A stretch of DNA of 61,511 bases from Thermococcus sp. JdFR-02 (GCA_002009975.1 MTLP01000020.1:1-61511); one strand, 5' to 3'; shown: positions 39,184 through 49,406, counted from the stretch's first letter. Notes: generated by a model not told the origin, from the sequence alone. Made by a program: numbers and translations.

Positions 39184-40320
39184 CTACATACGCTGAAGTA
39201 CTTTTTTCCATCTCATTATTCCTTTATGTAGTGAGTGTTTCTCCTTTACCATTACATATGCATTTTTACTTATTCTATTTATCTCTTCAGGAGGAAGATT
39301 TAGAACCTCTATTATCTTATTAGCCAGATCTTCTGGAGAGATTTCTGTTAAAACAAACCCAGTTTCACCTTCCTTCACTATGTCAGGAAGTCCTCCTACT
39401 GGGGTTACTAAAACTATTGTTCCTCTACTCATTGCTTCAAGAACTGTTAAAGGTAACCCTTCACTTAAAGAGGGATGAACTAGAATCTTAAATTGTTCAA
39501 AGATTACTGGAACCTTTTCATGAGGGACCCATCCCTTAATCTTAACCTGTCTAGTTAAGTTCAACTCTTTAATATATTTAATAAGCTGATATCTTTGAGA
39601 GCCCGATCCATAAATAACAAATTCTATATCTTGTACTTTTTTTACTAGGTTTGGTATTGCTTTAACTAAAACCATTATACCTTTTTCTGGTTCAAGTCTT
39701 CCCAAATACCCGATTATATTTTTTCGCATAGAAGTTTTTTTATAACGTCTTAGGAAATTATCATCAAGATACATCAATGATCTCATTGTGAATACTTTAC
39801 TTTTATACTTATGAAGGTTTAAGAATCTGACACTACTCTCAGTCTCTGCGAGGATCAAATCAGAAAAAAAGAAGCATAAAGATTCTAAAATATAAACTAA
39901 CTTTGCAACAACTTTTGAGTTAGGATGTCTTACACTAAATACTTTATAACTAGTTCCCCCTGCAAAGGATATAATTTTCTTTTGGAATAATTTGGCTTGC
40001 AATATAAGAAAGAGTATTTTTGGAAATCCAGTTACAAAAATTACAATATCAATATTTTTAGAAAGTCTTACCAACATGAAAATACTATAAATGTATGAAT
40101 ATATTTTTTTAAAAAATAAAGATCTCGCAATTTTTTTAGTATTAGCAGAGATATCATATATAATTACATTTGGGGGTATATCTCCTAACTTTGGCATACC
40201 CTCTATAATTACATAAACGCTAGAACTGATGGTAGCCAATATTTTAAGCCTTTGCTGGATTCTATGACTAACAATGTCAAAAGGCCCCCCATACATAACC
40301 ATACACACGTTTTTTGACAT
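39184..40320 (-). CDS. GT4 glycosyltransferase
   Basis: GRLEPEKG and EGLPLTVLEAM motifs. Confidence 0.9.
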   Translation of the reverse strand: MSKNVCMVMYGGPFDIVSHRIQQRLKILATISSSVYVIIEGMPKLGDIPPNVIIYDISANTKKIARSLFFKKIYSYIYSIFMLVRLSKNIDIVIFVTGFPKILFLILQAKLFQKKIISFAGGTSYKVFSVRHPNSKVVAKLVYILESLCFFFSDLILAETESSVRFLNLHKYKSKVFTMRSLMYLDDNFLRRYKKTSMRKNIIGYLGRLEPEKGIMVLVKAIPNLVKKVQDIEFVIYGSGSQRYQLIKYIKELNLTRQVKIKGWVPHEKVPVIFEQFKILVHPSLSEGLPLTVLEAMSRGTIVLVTPVGGLPDIVKEGETGFVLTEISPEDLANKIIEVLNLPPEEINRISKNAYVMVKEKHSLHKGIMRWKKVLQRM

Positions 40321-40323
40321 TTG

Positions 40324-42669
40324 TTATCCCTCCACCTTTAGAATGTAATTTATCATTTTTTTCCATTCTTTCGTGACACTTATCATACTAAAATTATCAT
40401 AAGCAGTTTTTTTAGCAATTCGCCAAATTTTTTTACGTAATTTCTCATTCTTAGCAAGCTGAAGCGCCTTTAGATAGGAGTTAGTGTCTGCTTTGGTTAA
40501 TATAATCCCATTTTTCATATTTAGTAGATATCTAGACGTCGCTTTACTATTAAGGATTATCAAGGTTCGTCCTAGTGATAATGCTTCTATTTCTGCTCTA
40601 CCAAACTCATGCTGAAATGAAATTACTAAATCGATCAGTGACGATAAATATTCTAAAAGTAAATCCCTATTGACACTTCCAATATGGGCAACATTTGATA
40701 TCTTTTGAAGTTTTCTTTTATATGGTCCTTCTCCAAATATGTAAAATTTTAGTTCATTCCCAAATATTTTCAAACTTTCTTTACAAACATTTTCAAGTAG
40801 TGGAGCATTTTTTTCTTCTGTCAATCTTCCAATAAATGCTACGTTTATACCTTTTTTATTTCTCTTCATTTTTCTAGAGGTTAAATAGAAGAGCCTATCT
40901 TCGACAGGAGGGCCAATTATTCTAATTTTTTCACAAGGAATTCCAAAACGTTTCATTCCATCTTTAATCAATACACTTTGTGCTCGTATCAAATCTGCTC
41001 TCCAAGCAACATAAAGATAAATTGGATAAGTTAATTTTGTTATTATTGTCCTTACTTTTTCAATAAACCAATTATTATATCGAATTAAATATGGTGAATA
41101 CCATGGTCTAACATTGCCCTCTGCGTACAATATTTTAATATTTGCTCTTGTAAGTAAGGCCAATAACATTGGAATTAGTCCTGTTTTTGGCTGTAAAATA
41201 ACAATAATTTTTGTACCTGTAGAATTTTTGAGATACTTCGTTACTATTTCAAATGCAATTAAAAAGCTCGCTACTATAGCTAGTATCTTCACCAAGAAGT
41301 AGTCAAGTTTGGTTTTTGGAGGGTATTTCTTTAATGCTGACATACGAATTTGATGAATAATAAATTTATCGTTTATCTTAATAATTCTTTTGTAACTTCC
41401 ATAATATGGGCTCATAAACACGACCCTATACCTATCAGATAAGCCTAAAGCTACAAGATAATATGAAACTTCTGCTCCAGCTGCTCTTCTGCTACCTACT
41501 TCTAGTAAACCTGGAGAGATAAAAAGGACATCAGGATTAAAATTGCCCATTTCATCTTCCCCAATGACATTTTTATATAATTTAATATACTTTATTGCTA
41601 TATTTTCCCAAGTAAACTGTTCTCCATATCTCCTAATTTTCTCTCTGTCCCACTCTTTTTCTAATGCAATTAAAATCTTTTCTGCCAAATCTTGCGGATT
41701 AGCAGGCTCTACTAATAGACCATAGTCTTTGGAGGAGATTATCTCTGGAACTGTGCCAACAATGCTACCCACAAACGGGATCCCACTAGCTAAGGCCTCC
41801 AACATAACAATCGGAAACGTTTCTCGTATGCTAGGCATAACAAATATATCTGAAGCACAAAACCACAAAGGCAATTCTTCCTCAGGTATATATCCTGTTA
41901 GTGTAACATATTTCTCAATTTTGAGCTTCTTTATCATTTTTTCCAACTGTTCTTTTAGTGGACCCTTTCCCCCAATATAGAAGCGAACGTTAGGATATCG
42001 CTTTATTATCTTAGGAATGGCTTCAATTAAGTATTGATACCCTTTCCGTTCAACAAGACGTCCAACTCCAAAGACTATCTTTTTATCCAAAGGTAACCCC
42101 AAAGCTCTTCTGCATTCTAGTTGGTTGCTAATTTTGAATTTATTTACGTCTACAAAATTATAAACAACAGCGATCTTTTCTGGTTTAAGAATATCAATTT
42201 CAAGAAGTTGTCTTTTCCAATATTCTGAGAGAGCTATTATCTGTGTGGTTTTATTTAGTATATATCGTCTAATACCTTTTACAAAGTTATTGCTGTTTAA
42301 ATACTCCATATGAAGTAAACTAGAATGAATATGAAAAATAAATGACACTCCTAAAATTTGTCCCCAAAGACCATAAGCGGCATTTTCCCAAAAGCTGATA
42401 CCTCTTCCTACATGAGCGTGAATAATAATTTTCTTACCTTCTTTCTTATACTTCTTTATAAGTTTTGAGAGTCTAACAAAATTAGCAAGAAATCTCACAA
42501 CTTTTTTAGAAACTTCTTCCGTCAAATTCGAAGTTTTGTCCACTTTATGAGCTTCAACCCTTTCAACAATAATGCCTTCTTTAGTCAGTTTTTCTTCTAG
42601 AGTTTTCCCATACGTTTGTATTCCACCGACTCCGGAGGGAATTATATTGATGACAACTAAATTTTCCAT
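40324..42669 (-). CDS. Tandem two-domain GT4-GT4 glycosyltransferase
   Basis: Two GT-B units (GRLVERKG/ETFPIVMLEA and GRLTEEKN/EFGRAEIEA) in one 781-aa frame; internal Met at 41550. Confidence 0.85.
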   Translation of the reverse strand: MENLVVINIIPSGVGGIQTYGKTLEEKLTKEGIIVERVEAHKVDKTSNLTEEVSKKVVRFLANFVRLSKLIKKYKKEGKKIIIHAHVGRGISFWENAAYGLWGQILGVSFIFHIHSSLLHMEYLNSNNFVKGIRRYILNKTTQIIALSEYWKRQLLEIDILKPEKIAVVYNFVDVNKFKISNQLECRRALGLPLDKKIVFGVGRLVERKGYQYLIEAIPKIIKRYPNVRFYIGGKGPLKEQLEKMIKKLKIEKYVTLTGYIPEEELPLWFCASDIFVMPSIRETFPIVMLEALASGIPFVGSIVGTVPEIISSKDYGLLVEPANPQDLAEKILIALEKEWDREKIRRYGEQFTWENIAIKYIKLYKNVIGEDEMGNFNPDVLFISPGLLEVGSRRAAGAEVSYYLVALGLSDRYRVVFMSPYYGSYKRIIKINDKFIIHQIRMSALKKYPPKTKLDYFLVKILAIVASFLIAFEIVTKYLKNSTGTKIIVILQPKTGLIPMLLALLTRANIKILYAEGNVRPWYSPYLIRYNNWFIEKVRTIITKLTYPIYLYVAWRADLIRAQSVLIKDGMKRFGIPCEKIRIIGPPVEDRLFYLTSRKMKRNKKGINVAFIGRLTEEKNAPLLENVCKESLKIFGNELKFYIFGEGPYKRKLQKISNVAHIGSVNRDLLLEYLSSLIDLVISFQHEFGRAEIEALSLGRTLIILNSKATSRYLLNMKNGIILTKADTNSYLKALQLAKNEKLRKKIWRIAKKTAYDNFSMISVTKEWKKMINYILKVEG

Positions 42670-42670
42670 G

Positions 42671-44071
42671 CTAAACCCTCCAAAATACTAACTTTTCTGA
42701 GGTGACTTTGGCAAGCTTTTCCATGAATATTTTTGACAGTTCTTTATCTACAATCGGGTTCTGTTCCTTCGGGTCGTTTTTAAGATTGAATATCCAAACA
42801 ACTTTGTCTCTTTCAGAGTAAATAAACTTAAGCTTTCCATAAATCAACGCTTTCTTCTCATACCCATGTATTGTGTTTTCACTTAGGATAAGTCGCTTTT
42901 TGGGAGCTTTAAAGATGTTTATCCCATCAAATAGAATGTTGTGTTGAATAGCTAACAAGTCCAACAGTGTTGGCACGATATCAACTCCACTAATGAATTT
43001 ATCTTTCTCCTCTTTATTTGGTATATTTGAGCCAGTTATTATTAGCGGAACCTGAATAAGCTCATTGAACACACTATGTCCATGCCCTATCCCTGCGTAA
43101 CCGCGTACATCGTAGAAATACTTGGCCTCTAACTCTGCATGATCCCACAACTCTTCGCCATGATCTGCTGTGATTATTAATATTGTATTATCCATTAACC
43201 CTCTATCTTCGAGGAACCCATAAAACTGCTCTAAAGTGTGATCTACATACCTTAAAGTGTTATCATACAGCAAAATCTTGTTTTCTTTAAACTCTTCAAA
43301 TTCTTCCCCTTTTTGATTTTCGGGCTTTTGGAAACTACCCCAATACTCTATTCTTGGAAGCTTTTTGACAGTTCCAAAGTAGTTGTAGAACTCTTCTGGA
43401 GGACTTAAAGGTTCATGGGGATCCTTCAAATGAACATGGGCAAAGAAATGTGTTTTTTGTTTGGTTATCCATCCCTTTAAATCCTTTAAAATGGTCTCTC
43501 CATCAGTTAGAGAATTGAGCTTTTGCTCATTAAATCTTCTTCTCACAGAAAGCATTGCAAGGTCAATTCCGGAATTAAAATAAGTAGCATAGCCAAAAAG
43601 TGCTAAAATTTCGCTCAATGTCAGAATTTTACTCTTCAGCGGTTTTAGTTTGGAGATCTCAAACTTTCTGTCCTCTCCCTCAAGGACAGCGCCATGATTA
43701 TGAGGATAAAACCCCGTAAGGAGAGATGCAACAGCTGGATAAGTCCAAGGGGATGTAGCAATCAGTGATACTTTATACCCTTTAAGTGTATCTAAAAATG
43801 GTGTGGTTTCTCTTTGATAGCCATTGTAAGACAGATGGGTATTTCTAAGGCAATCAATTGTTACTAAAATAATATTTTTGTCTGGCTTGCTTGACAGGTC
43901 TAAAAACTTCTCTGCAGAAGGTTTTATTTTCTTGATTCTCTTTTTAAAATACTCTCTATCCTTTGATGCATTCTTCTCAAACTTAACTTTATCATACAGT
44001 TTGCGAATTGTTTTATATAGTCTTATGTTTCTCTTAATTGTCTTATCAACTATTGATTCCATGAACGTCAT
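42671..44071 (-). CDS. Sulfatase-like alkaline-phosphatase-superfamily protein (Thr nucleophile)
   Basis: IDCLR, SPWTYPAVASLLTG, DPHEP, TADHGE, GHGH and NDPKEQ motifs. Confidence 0.85.
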   Translation of the reverse strand: MTFMESIVDKTIKRNIRLYKTIRKLYDKVKFEKNASKDREYFKKRIKKIKPSAEKFLDLSSKPDKNIILVTIDCLRNTHLSYNGYQRETTPFLDTLKGYKVSLIATSPWTYPAVASLLTGFYPHNHGAVLEGEDRKFEISKLKPLKSKILTLSEILALFGYATYFNSGIDLAMLSVRRRFNEQKLNSLTDGETILKDLKGWITKQKTHFFAHVHLKDPHEPLSPPEEFYNYFGTVKKLPRIEYWGSFQKPENQKGEEFEEFKENKILLYDNTLRYVDHTLEQFYGFLEDRGLMDNTILIITADHGEELWDHAELEAKYFYDVRGYAGIGHGHSVFNELIQVPLIITGSNIPNKEEKDKFISGVDIVPTLLDLLAIQHNILFDGINIFKAPKKRLILSENTIHGYEKKALIYGKLKFIYSERDKVVWIFNLKNDPKEQNPIVDKELSKIFMEKLAKVTSEKLVFWRV

Positions 44072-45240
44072 CTCTGAGTCCTCCTAATCAAAGACCTAAA
44101 CAACCTTTCATACTCCTTTGCAACCTTTTCCCAGTTATATTGCCTCTTTATTCTCCTAATCTGAGTCTTCTTTATAAGCTTTAAATCGAACTCTCCTCTC
44201 TCAAGCATTTCCATTTTGTTAGCTAGATCCTCAGCATCTTTAAAGTATATCCCTCCTTCTTGCAGGACTCCTTTATTAAACGGTACGTCATAAGCCAATA
44301 TTGGTCTCTTAAACAGCATCTGCTCAAGTAGAGAGGGATTTGTTCCTCCAACTTCATACGCGTGAATGTAAGCAAAACAGTTCTTCCTCAAAACTCCGAG
44401 GACTTCTTTATCATAAATCGGATCTAGCAAGAGTATATTTTTATTATCTCCTTTCAGCCTAAAGAGATATTTTGTGTACGGATCTTTTTTATTGAAGTTC
44501 CCAACTATAACAAGCTTTTTCTCTGATTTTGCTTTCTTAAATCCTTCAATTTCCACATGAATGTTGTTCTCAGCGACTATACGGGCGACTGTTAAGTAAT
44601 ATCCTCTTGGGGACACTCCATATTTATTAAGGATGCTTATCTCATCATCTTTTGATAGTTCGGAGGAAATTAGCTCCCTTGCTCCATAAGGGATGTACAC
44701 AACATTTTTTGCATTGTACGTTTTTTCTAGGTGTTCTTTTATTTCCAAAGAATCTGCAACCACGATATGAGGAACTTTGATAGACAGATATTCAAAAGAC
44801 CATTGCACTATTGTCATTAGAGGGGACAATAGCCTAAGATAAAATGGCCAAAAAAGTCCTCTTCTTATTGGTCTTTTCCATTCTATGCCATCTGGGTTTA
44901 CCAAAGTAGTTTTACCTAAAAGTCTTGGCAGAATTGCAGATACAGAACCATCTGGAGCCACATAATAAAATATTTCAATTTCAGGCCCATATCTTGTTGA
45001 AAGATACACTGTAGCTATTAAATCGTTTATTACTGGGACAGTGATAATATTTGACTTCACTGAAGGTATATGAACTCTAATAATTCCCTTATAAGAATCC
45101 ACATAAAATTTATCTGATTCACATGTTACATAAACTTCAAATCCGTGCATAAGTAGTCTTTTGGAGACTTCTTCAACAAAAGTTTCATTTCCTCCATATT
45201 TTGCAGGTATGCCTCGAGATCCCAATAGTGCCACTTTCAT
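44068..45240 (-). CDS. DUF1972 GT4 glycosyltransferase (rhamnosyltransferase-like)
   Basis: GSRGIPAKYGGNETF, NPDGIEWKR and VGGTNPSLLE motifs. Confidence 0.88.
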   Translation of the reverse strand: MKVALLGSRGIPAKYGGNETFVEEVSKRLLMHGFEVYVTCESDKFYVDSYKGIIRVHIPSVKSNIITVPVINDLIATVYLSTRYGPEIEIFYYVAPDGSVSAILPRLLGKTTLVNPDGIEWKRPIRRGLFWPFYLRLLSPLMTIVQWSFEYLSIKVPHIVVADSLEIKEHLEKTYNAKNVVYIPYGARELISSELSKDDEISILNKYGVSPRGYYLTVARIVAENNIHVEIEGFKKAKSEKKLVIVGNFNKKDPYTKYLFRLKGDNKNILLLDPIYDKEVLGVLRKNCFAYIHAYEVGGTNPSLLEQMLFKRPILAYDVPFNKGVLQEGGIYFKDAEDLANKMEMLERGEFDLKLIKKTQIRRIKRQYNWEKVAKEYERLFRSLIRRTQR

Positions 45241-45252
45241 GATAGTTCCTCC

Positions 45253-46107
45253 TTAGATATTGTCTATAATATCCCTAATTGGAGCAATTCGAAAAGTTTT
45301 AATCATACTTTCTATTTTTTGCAGTAACTTAATTCCTGTTCCATTATATGCTTCAAATCTTATTAATGAAGGAACATTTAATCTAGGCAATTCAGGAAAA
45401 ATTTCCCAGGGATGAATGTATGCTACAAACGGCCTTCCTTCTTTGTTTATTTTTTTGATTATTGTCTTTATAAGCCACAATGGATAAGTCCTTATATAAA
45501 ATCCACCTCCTATCGGGAGATTTATTCTATATTTACCAAATCTAATTAGTGAAAGAGCACTTATGGGGACTTCTACTATCTTGGCATTAGGGTCATGTTT
45601 GCTTATATCTTCTTTTGATGGTTTATAAATGGATAAAGGAGCATTAGGAACTCCATAGAGCATAGTTTTAACAGGAAAAATACTTGAGTCATATAAAAAG
45701 GAGTATTTTTCTAAAGTCTCAAAAATCCATTTGTTTTCATTTGTTATTGATGCATGAGGAGCTCTAAACCCTTTGGGTCGTTCCTTTGTAATTTTATACA
45801 AAATATGATTTGTTCTCTGTATTTCCTTTTCAACCTCTTCTTTAGTAAGCCGATATAAAGGTATGTGAGAATATGCGTGCGATCCAATCTCATGTCCTCT
45901 CTCATAAATCATCTCAACAATTTCTGGGTGACTTTCTGCTACACTACCTAATATAAAAAATGTTGTTGTTATATTATGTTTATCAAATAAATCTAGAATA
46001 AGTTTAGTTGCTTGGCCTACAATTGTTTCTCGTTTTTCTGGAAGATAGTTAGCTAAGAATTCGTTGCACCACCAATACTCAACATCAATAGTTATAGCGT
46101 TTATCAT
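45253..46107 (-). CDS. Polysaccharide deacetylase (DUF3473 type)
   Basis: TIDVE, HEIGSHAYSH, FRAP, GGGFY and YIHPWE motifs. Confidence 0.9.
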   Translation of the reverse strand: MINAITIDVEYWWCNEFLANYLPEKRETIVGQATKLILDLFDKHNITTTFFILGSVAESHPEIVEMIYERGHEIGSHAYSHIPLYRLTKEEVEKEIQRTNHILYKITKERPKGFRAPHASITNENKWIFETLEKYSFLYDSSIFPVKTMLYGVPNAPLSIYKPSKEDISKHDPNAKIVEVPISALSLIRFGKYRINLPIGGGFYIRTYPLWLIKTIIKKINKEGRPFVAYIHPWEIFPELPRLNVPSLIRFEAYNGTGIKLLQKIESMIKTFRIAPIRDIIDNI

Positions 46108-46131
46108 TGTAACTCCTCTCCTATTTAAATA

Positions 46132-47256
46132 CTAAAACCTTATTTCTCTTATCCGCTCAATAAATTCTTGATAATTTAAAAAGGAATATTTTGTTTCATT
46201 ATATAATTCACTCAGCTTCATTGAGATAATATCTACTCCAATATTTTTTAGAAACTCAAATGGTCCTTTTGATACATTTGTTCCTAGTTTAAAGGCAATA
46301 TCAATTTCTTTTGGAGTGGCAATACCTAGACATGCCAGTTCTGTTGCAATACTAACAATTGGAGATATTAATCTAAGTCCATCATAGGTGCTGTTCTCTT
46401 TCTTTGTTATCTTAAGGCTCTCATTTGTCCAATTATAGAATCCATTTCCAGTTTTTTTCCCTAGTTCCTTATTCTTGACTTTTCTTATTAAAGTATTAGG
46501 AGTATCTATAAGATTTATGTTCTTATTCACATAATAAAGGACATCCAGTCCAATGAAATCGGCCAATCTTATAATACCTAATGGAAAACCATAATCATAA
46601 TGCATTACAGAATCTATATCCTCTTTACTCCATTTCTTTAAATCATGTATTGCTAGTGTTATTGTAGGGATTAAAATCCTATTAACGATAAATCCAGGAA
46701 TATCTTTTTTAACTACTATTGGGGTCTTTTCTAGACTATTTACAAATTTAATAGCAGATTGAAGGGTTTCTTCACTTGTATGCACACCCTTTACTACTTC
46801 AACTAATTTCATTATAGGAGCGGGATTAAAGAAATGGATACCTAAGAATCTTTCTGAATTTTTAACGTAATTTGAGAGCTTATTTATACTGAGACTTGAT
46901 GTATTTGAGGCAATAATACTTTCATTAGGAACATACATACTAATTTTCTCAAAAACATCTTTTTTTATTCTCATATCTTCAGTGACGGCTTCAATGACTA
47001 AATCAGCATCTTTAACTGCGTCTTTTATATTTTGTATAGTCTGTATTCTACAGAGTATATCTTTTTTTTGCTCCATTAATAACCTCCCTTTTAACACTAG
47101 TTTCTCCAAATTTCTATTAATTTCATGTTTACACCTTTTTAGACTATCTTCGTTAGTGTTTACAACAATAACATTATATCCATGCATTGCTAAGGTTTGG
47201 GTTATCCCAGTGCCCATTGTTCCAGATCCTATTACAGCAATATGTTCAAATCCCAT
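46132..47256 (-). CDS. 3-hydroxyacyl(butyryl)-CoA dehydrogenase with duplicated C-terminal domain
   Basis: GSGTMG, IEAVTE, SNTSSL, HFFNP, GFIVNR and GKKTGNGFY motifs. Confidence 0.92.
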   Translation of the reverse strand: MGFEHIAVIGSGTMGTGITQTLAMHGYNVIVVNTNEDSLKRCKHEINRNLEKLVLKGRLLMEQKKDILCRIQTIQNIKDAVKDADLVIEAVTEDMRIKKDVFEKISMYVPNESIIASNTSSLSINKLSNYVKNSERFLGIHFFNPAPIMKLVEVVKGVHTSEETLQSAIKFVNSLEKTPIVVKKDIPGFIVNRILIPTITLAIHDLKKWSKEDIDSVMHYDYGFPLGIIRLADFIGLDVLYYVNKNINLIDTPNTLIRKVKNKELGKKTGNGFYNWTNESLKITKKENSTYDGLRLISPIVSIATELACLGIATPKEIDIAFKLGTNVSKGPFEFLKNIGVDIISMKLSELYNETKYSFLNYQEFIERIREIRF

Positions 47257-47271
47257 TTATCTCACCCAACT

Positions 47272-47820
47272 CTAGGATTTAGAATGTGGAGTTAACTGTT
47301 TGATAACTTTTGCAGGGTTTCCTGCCACTACTGTATATGGCGGCACATCCTTAGTAACAACACTTCCTGCCCCAATTACACTATTTTCTCCAATTGTGAC
47401 TCCAGGTAAGATTATACAGCCCGGTGCGATCCATACTCCTTTTTTAATTCTTGTTTTTTTCACAATTCGTGGATAAAAATTTAACTTTAACTCTATGGAA
47501 TTAGTAGGGTTAGCGTGGGCAAATATCATCGTATTCATCCCTATACTAACATAATCATCAATTTCAACTCGTTCGGGATATAAAAAGTCTATTACAACAT
47601 TTGGTCCAATATATACATGTTTCCCTATTTTAGTTCCTCTAAGTCTATGAAAAAAGACTGCTAATCCTGGATGTGGACTATGTCTTGCTAAGGTATCTAA
47701 AATAATATACCACATTAGTCTCAAATAATACTTTACAGTTCCGATAATACCTCTATAACCCCAATATTCCATTAATTCTTTTTTGTTTATTTCCTCAGGA
47801 TCTACAATGTTATAATTCAT
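47272..47820 (-). CDS. Left-handed beta-helix (hexapeptide) acyltransferase
   Basis: ILPGVTIGENSVIGAGSVVTKDVP..VAGNPA. Confidence 0.9.
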   Translation of the reverse strand: MNYNIVDPEEINKKELMEYWGYRGIIGTVKYYLRLMWYIILDTLARHSPHPGLAVFFHRLRGTKIGKHVYIGPNVVIDFLYPERVEIDDYVSIGMNTMIFAHANPTNSIELKLNFYPRIVKKTRIKKGVWIAPGCIILPGVTIGENSVIGAGSVVTKDVPPYTVVAGNPAKVIKQLTPHSKS

Positions 47821-48703
47821 CCTTACCCCTCCTCACCATTTGAGCTAAAGCATTCAATGTCAATCCAGCAATAAACAATTGAATCCCAATTATGGCAAAA
47901 ATTCCGGCTCCAATGGCTTGGGTTAGATAAACTTTTCCACCGTAGGTATAATATGGTTCCAAAGCCCAATACGCCAATATACCCGAGGTGATGAATGATA
48001 ATAAACTCAAAACACTAAACAATAACAAAGGTCTCCTATATCCAATTAAACCTACAACCTTTGCCAAAACTCCCATTCCATGAGAGAAGGGATTCTTTTT
48101 GTGCTTATTTGGCACATCATAGCGGACATTTATTGGAACTTCTGTGATTCTTAAGCCTTTTTCAGATAGTTGAGCAATCATTTCACTCTCGACATTATAT
48201 CCTGTAGAGCTTAGATCCAAGCTTTCCAAGGCTTTTTTATTTAAAGCTCTAAAACCACTTTGAGAGTCTGTAATCCTAATTCCAGATGCAAGAACTGTCG
48301 TTGTGTTGAGAACCCAGAGCCCAAGCCTTCTGTAAAGAGGAATATTCTTGTGGGCACCATTCAAATATCTCGAGCCAATCACTAAATCTGCTTTATCTTC
48401 CAAAATTGGCTCCAATAAAAGAGGAATCTCATCAGGGTTATGCTGACCATCAGCATCGATGCAAACGACAACATCATAATCATTAGCTAAAGCATAATTA
48501 AAACCCGTTTTAAGGGCTTTTCCTTTTCCTTTGTTAACTTCGTGCTTAACAACAATCGCCCCAGAACTTTCTGCAATCTCAGAGGTTCTATCACTAGAGC
48601 CATCATCAACAACCAAAACATCTCCATATTTTTTAGCCAAAGTTACAACAGAACCAATCGTTAGCTCTTCGTTATAAGCGGGAATTACTATAATGGTTTT
48701 CAT
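47810..48703 (-). CDS. GT2 polyprenyl/dolichol-phosphate glycosyltransferase (DPM1/AglJ-like)
   Basis: IPAYNEE, VDDGS, DADGQH and DSQSGFRA motifs; two C-terminal TM helices. Confidence 0.9.
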   Translation of the reverse strand: MKTIIVIPAYNEELTIGSVVTLAKKYGDVLVVDDGSSDRTSEIAESSGAIVVKHEVNKGKGKALKTGFNYALANDYDVVVCIDADGQHNPDEIPLLLEPILEDKADLVIGSRYLNGAHKNIPLYRRLGLWVLNTTTVLASGIRITDSQSGFRALNKKALESLDLSSTGYNVESEMIAQLSEKGLRITEVPINVRYDVPNKHKKNPFSHGMGVLAKVVGLIGYRRPLLLFSVLSLLSFITSGILAYWALEPYYTYGGKVYLTQAIGAGIFAIIGIQLFIAGLTLNALAQMVRRGKDEL

Positions 48704-48704
48704 A

Positions 48705-49178
48705 TTAATCACCCACTTCTTTCCTCAGCTTCTCAATGTTGTCAATTAACACTATTCCCTCTTTTTTGCATGCATTTTCAAAGTCATTATCAAAGGATAT
48801 CAGATATTTGATACCATAAAACTTGCAGGTGGCTAAAATGAAAGCATCATTTGGCAAAAGACCATATCTATCAATTAAATCGCGGGAAATGCGGTAAACG
48901 AACTCGTTAACTTCTAAGAGCTTAAAGAGCTCCAGAAGTTGATAGCAGGGAGTTTTGTCCATACTTTTAACGAGCTCCGGTTTCTTTTTTAGAGTTAGGA
49001 CACTTTTCCCGGAAACAGTCTTTAAATAAATGAAAATAACCTCTGAGATAACTATATCGTTTATGAAGTTCTCTCCATCTTTAATTATTAATTCTTGTAA
49101 GAGATCTCTCGCATTTGGATTTCCCTTTAAATGTTCAATTAAGACACTTGAATCAATAAAGGCTTGAAAGCTCTTCAT
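48705..49178 (-). CDS. VapC PIN-domain toxin
   Basis: IDSSV, ISEV, LPNDA and SFDNDF motifs. Confidence 0.9.
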   Translation of the reverse strand: MKSFQAFIDSSVLIEHLKGNPNARDLLQELIIKDGENFINDIVISEVIFIYLKTVSGKSVLTLKKKPELVKSMDKTPCYQLLELFKLLEVNEFVYRISRDLIDRYGLLPNDAFILATCKFYGIKYLISFDNDFENACKKEGIVLIDNIEKLRKEVGD

Positions 49179-49329
49179 ATAAATCAACCTTCAGTTCTTT
49201 TGCAGACTTTTTGGTTTTAATTAACCCGAAAGTCTTATCCAAAATATCTTTCTTCTTTTTCAGCTCATTAATCATCCTCTTAACATCTTCTTCAAGTCCT
49301 TCAGGAACAACAATCTTTATTTCCCCCAT
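49153..49329 (-). CDS. 58-aa antitoxin (not in the ORF track)
   Basis: MGEIKIVVPEGLEEDVKRMINELKKKKDILDKTFGLIKTKKSAKELKVDLYEELSSLY; GGTGGTGA RBS; overlaps the PIN start. Confidence 0.8.
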   Translation of the reverse strand: MGEIKIVVPEGLEEDVKRMINELKKKKDILDKTFGLIKTKKSAKELKVDLYEELSSLY

Positions 49330-49406
49330 TTTTCACCACCAACATTGGACAGATTAATTCCCGCATCTCCGATTTTAACGGTCTCAGTCGATAAACATGA
49401 TATCAT

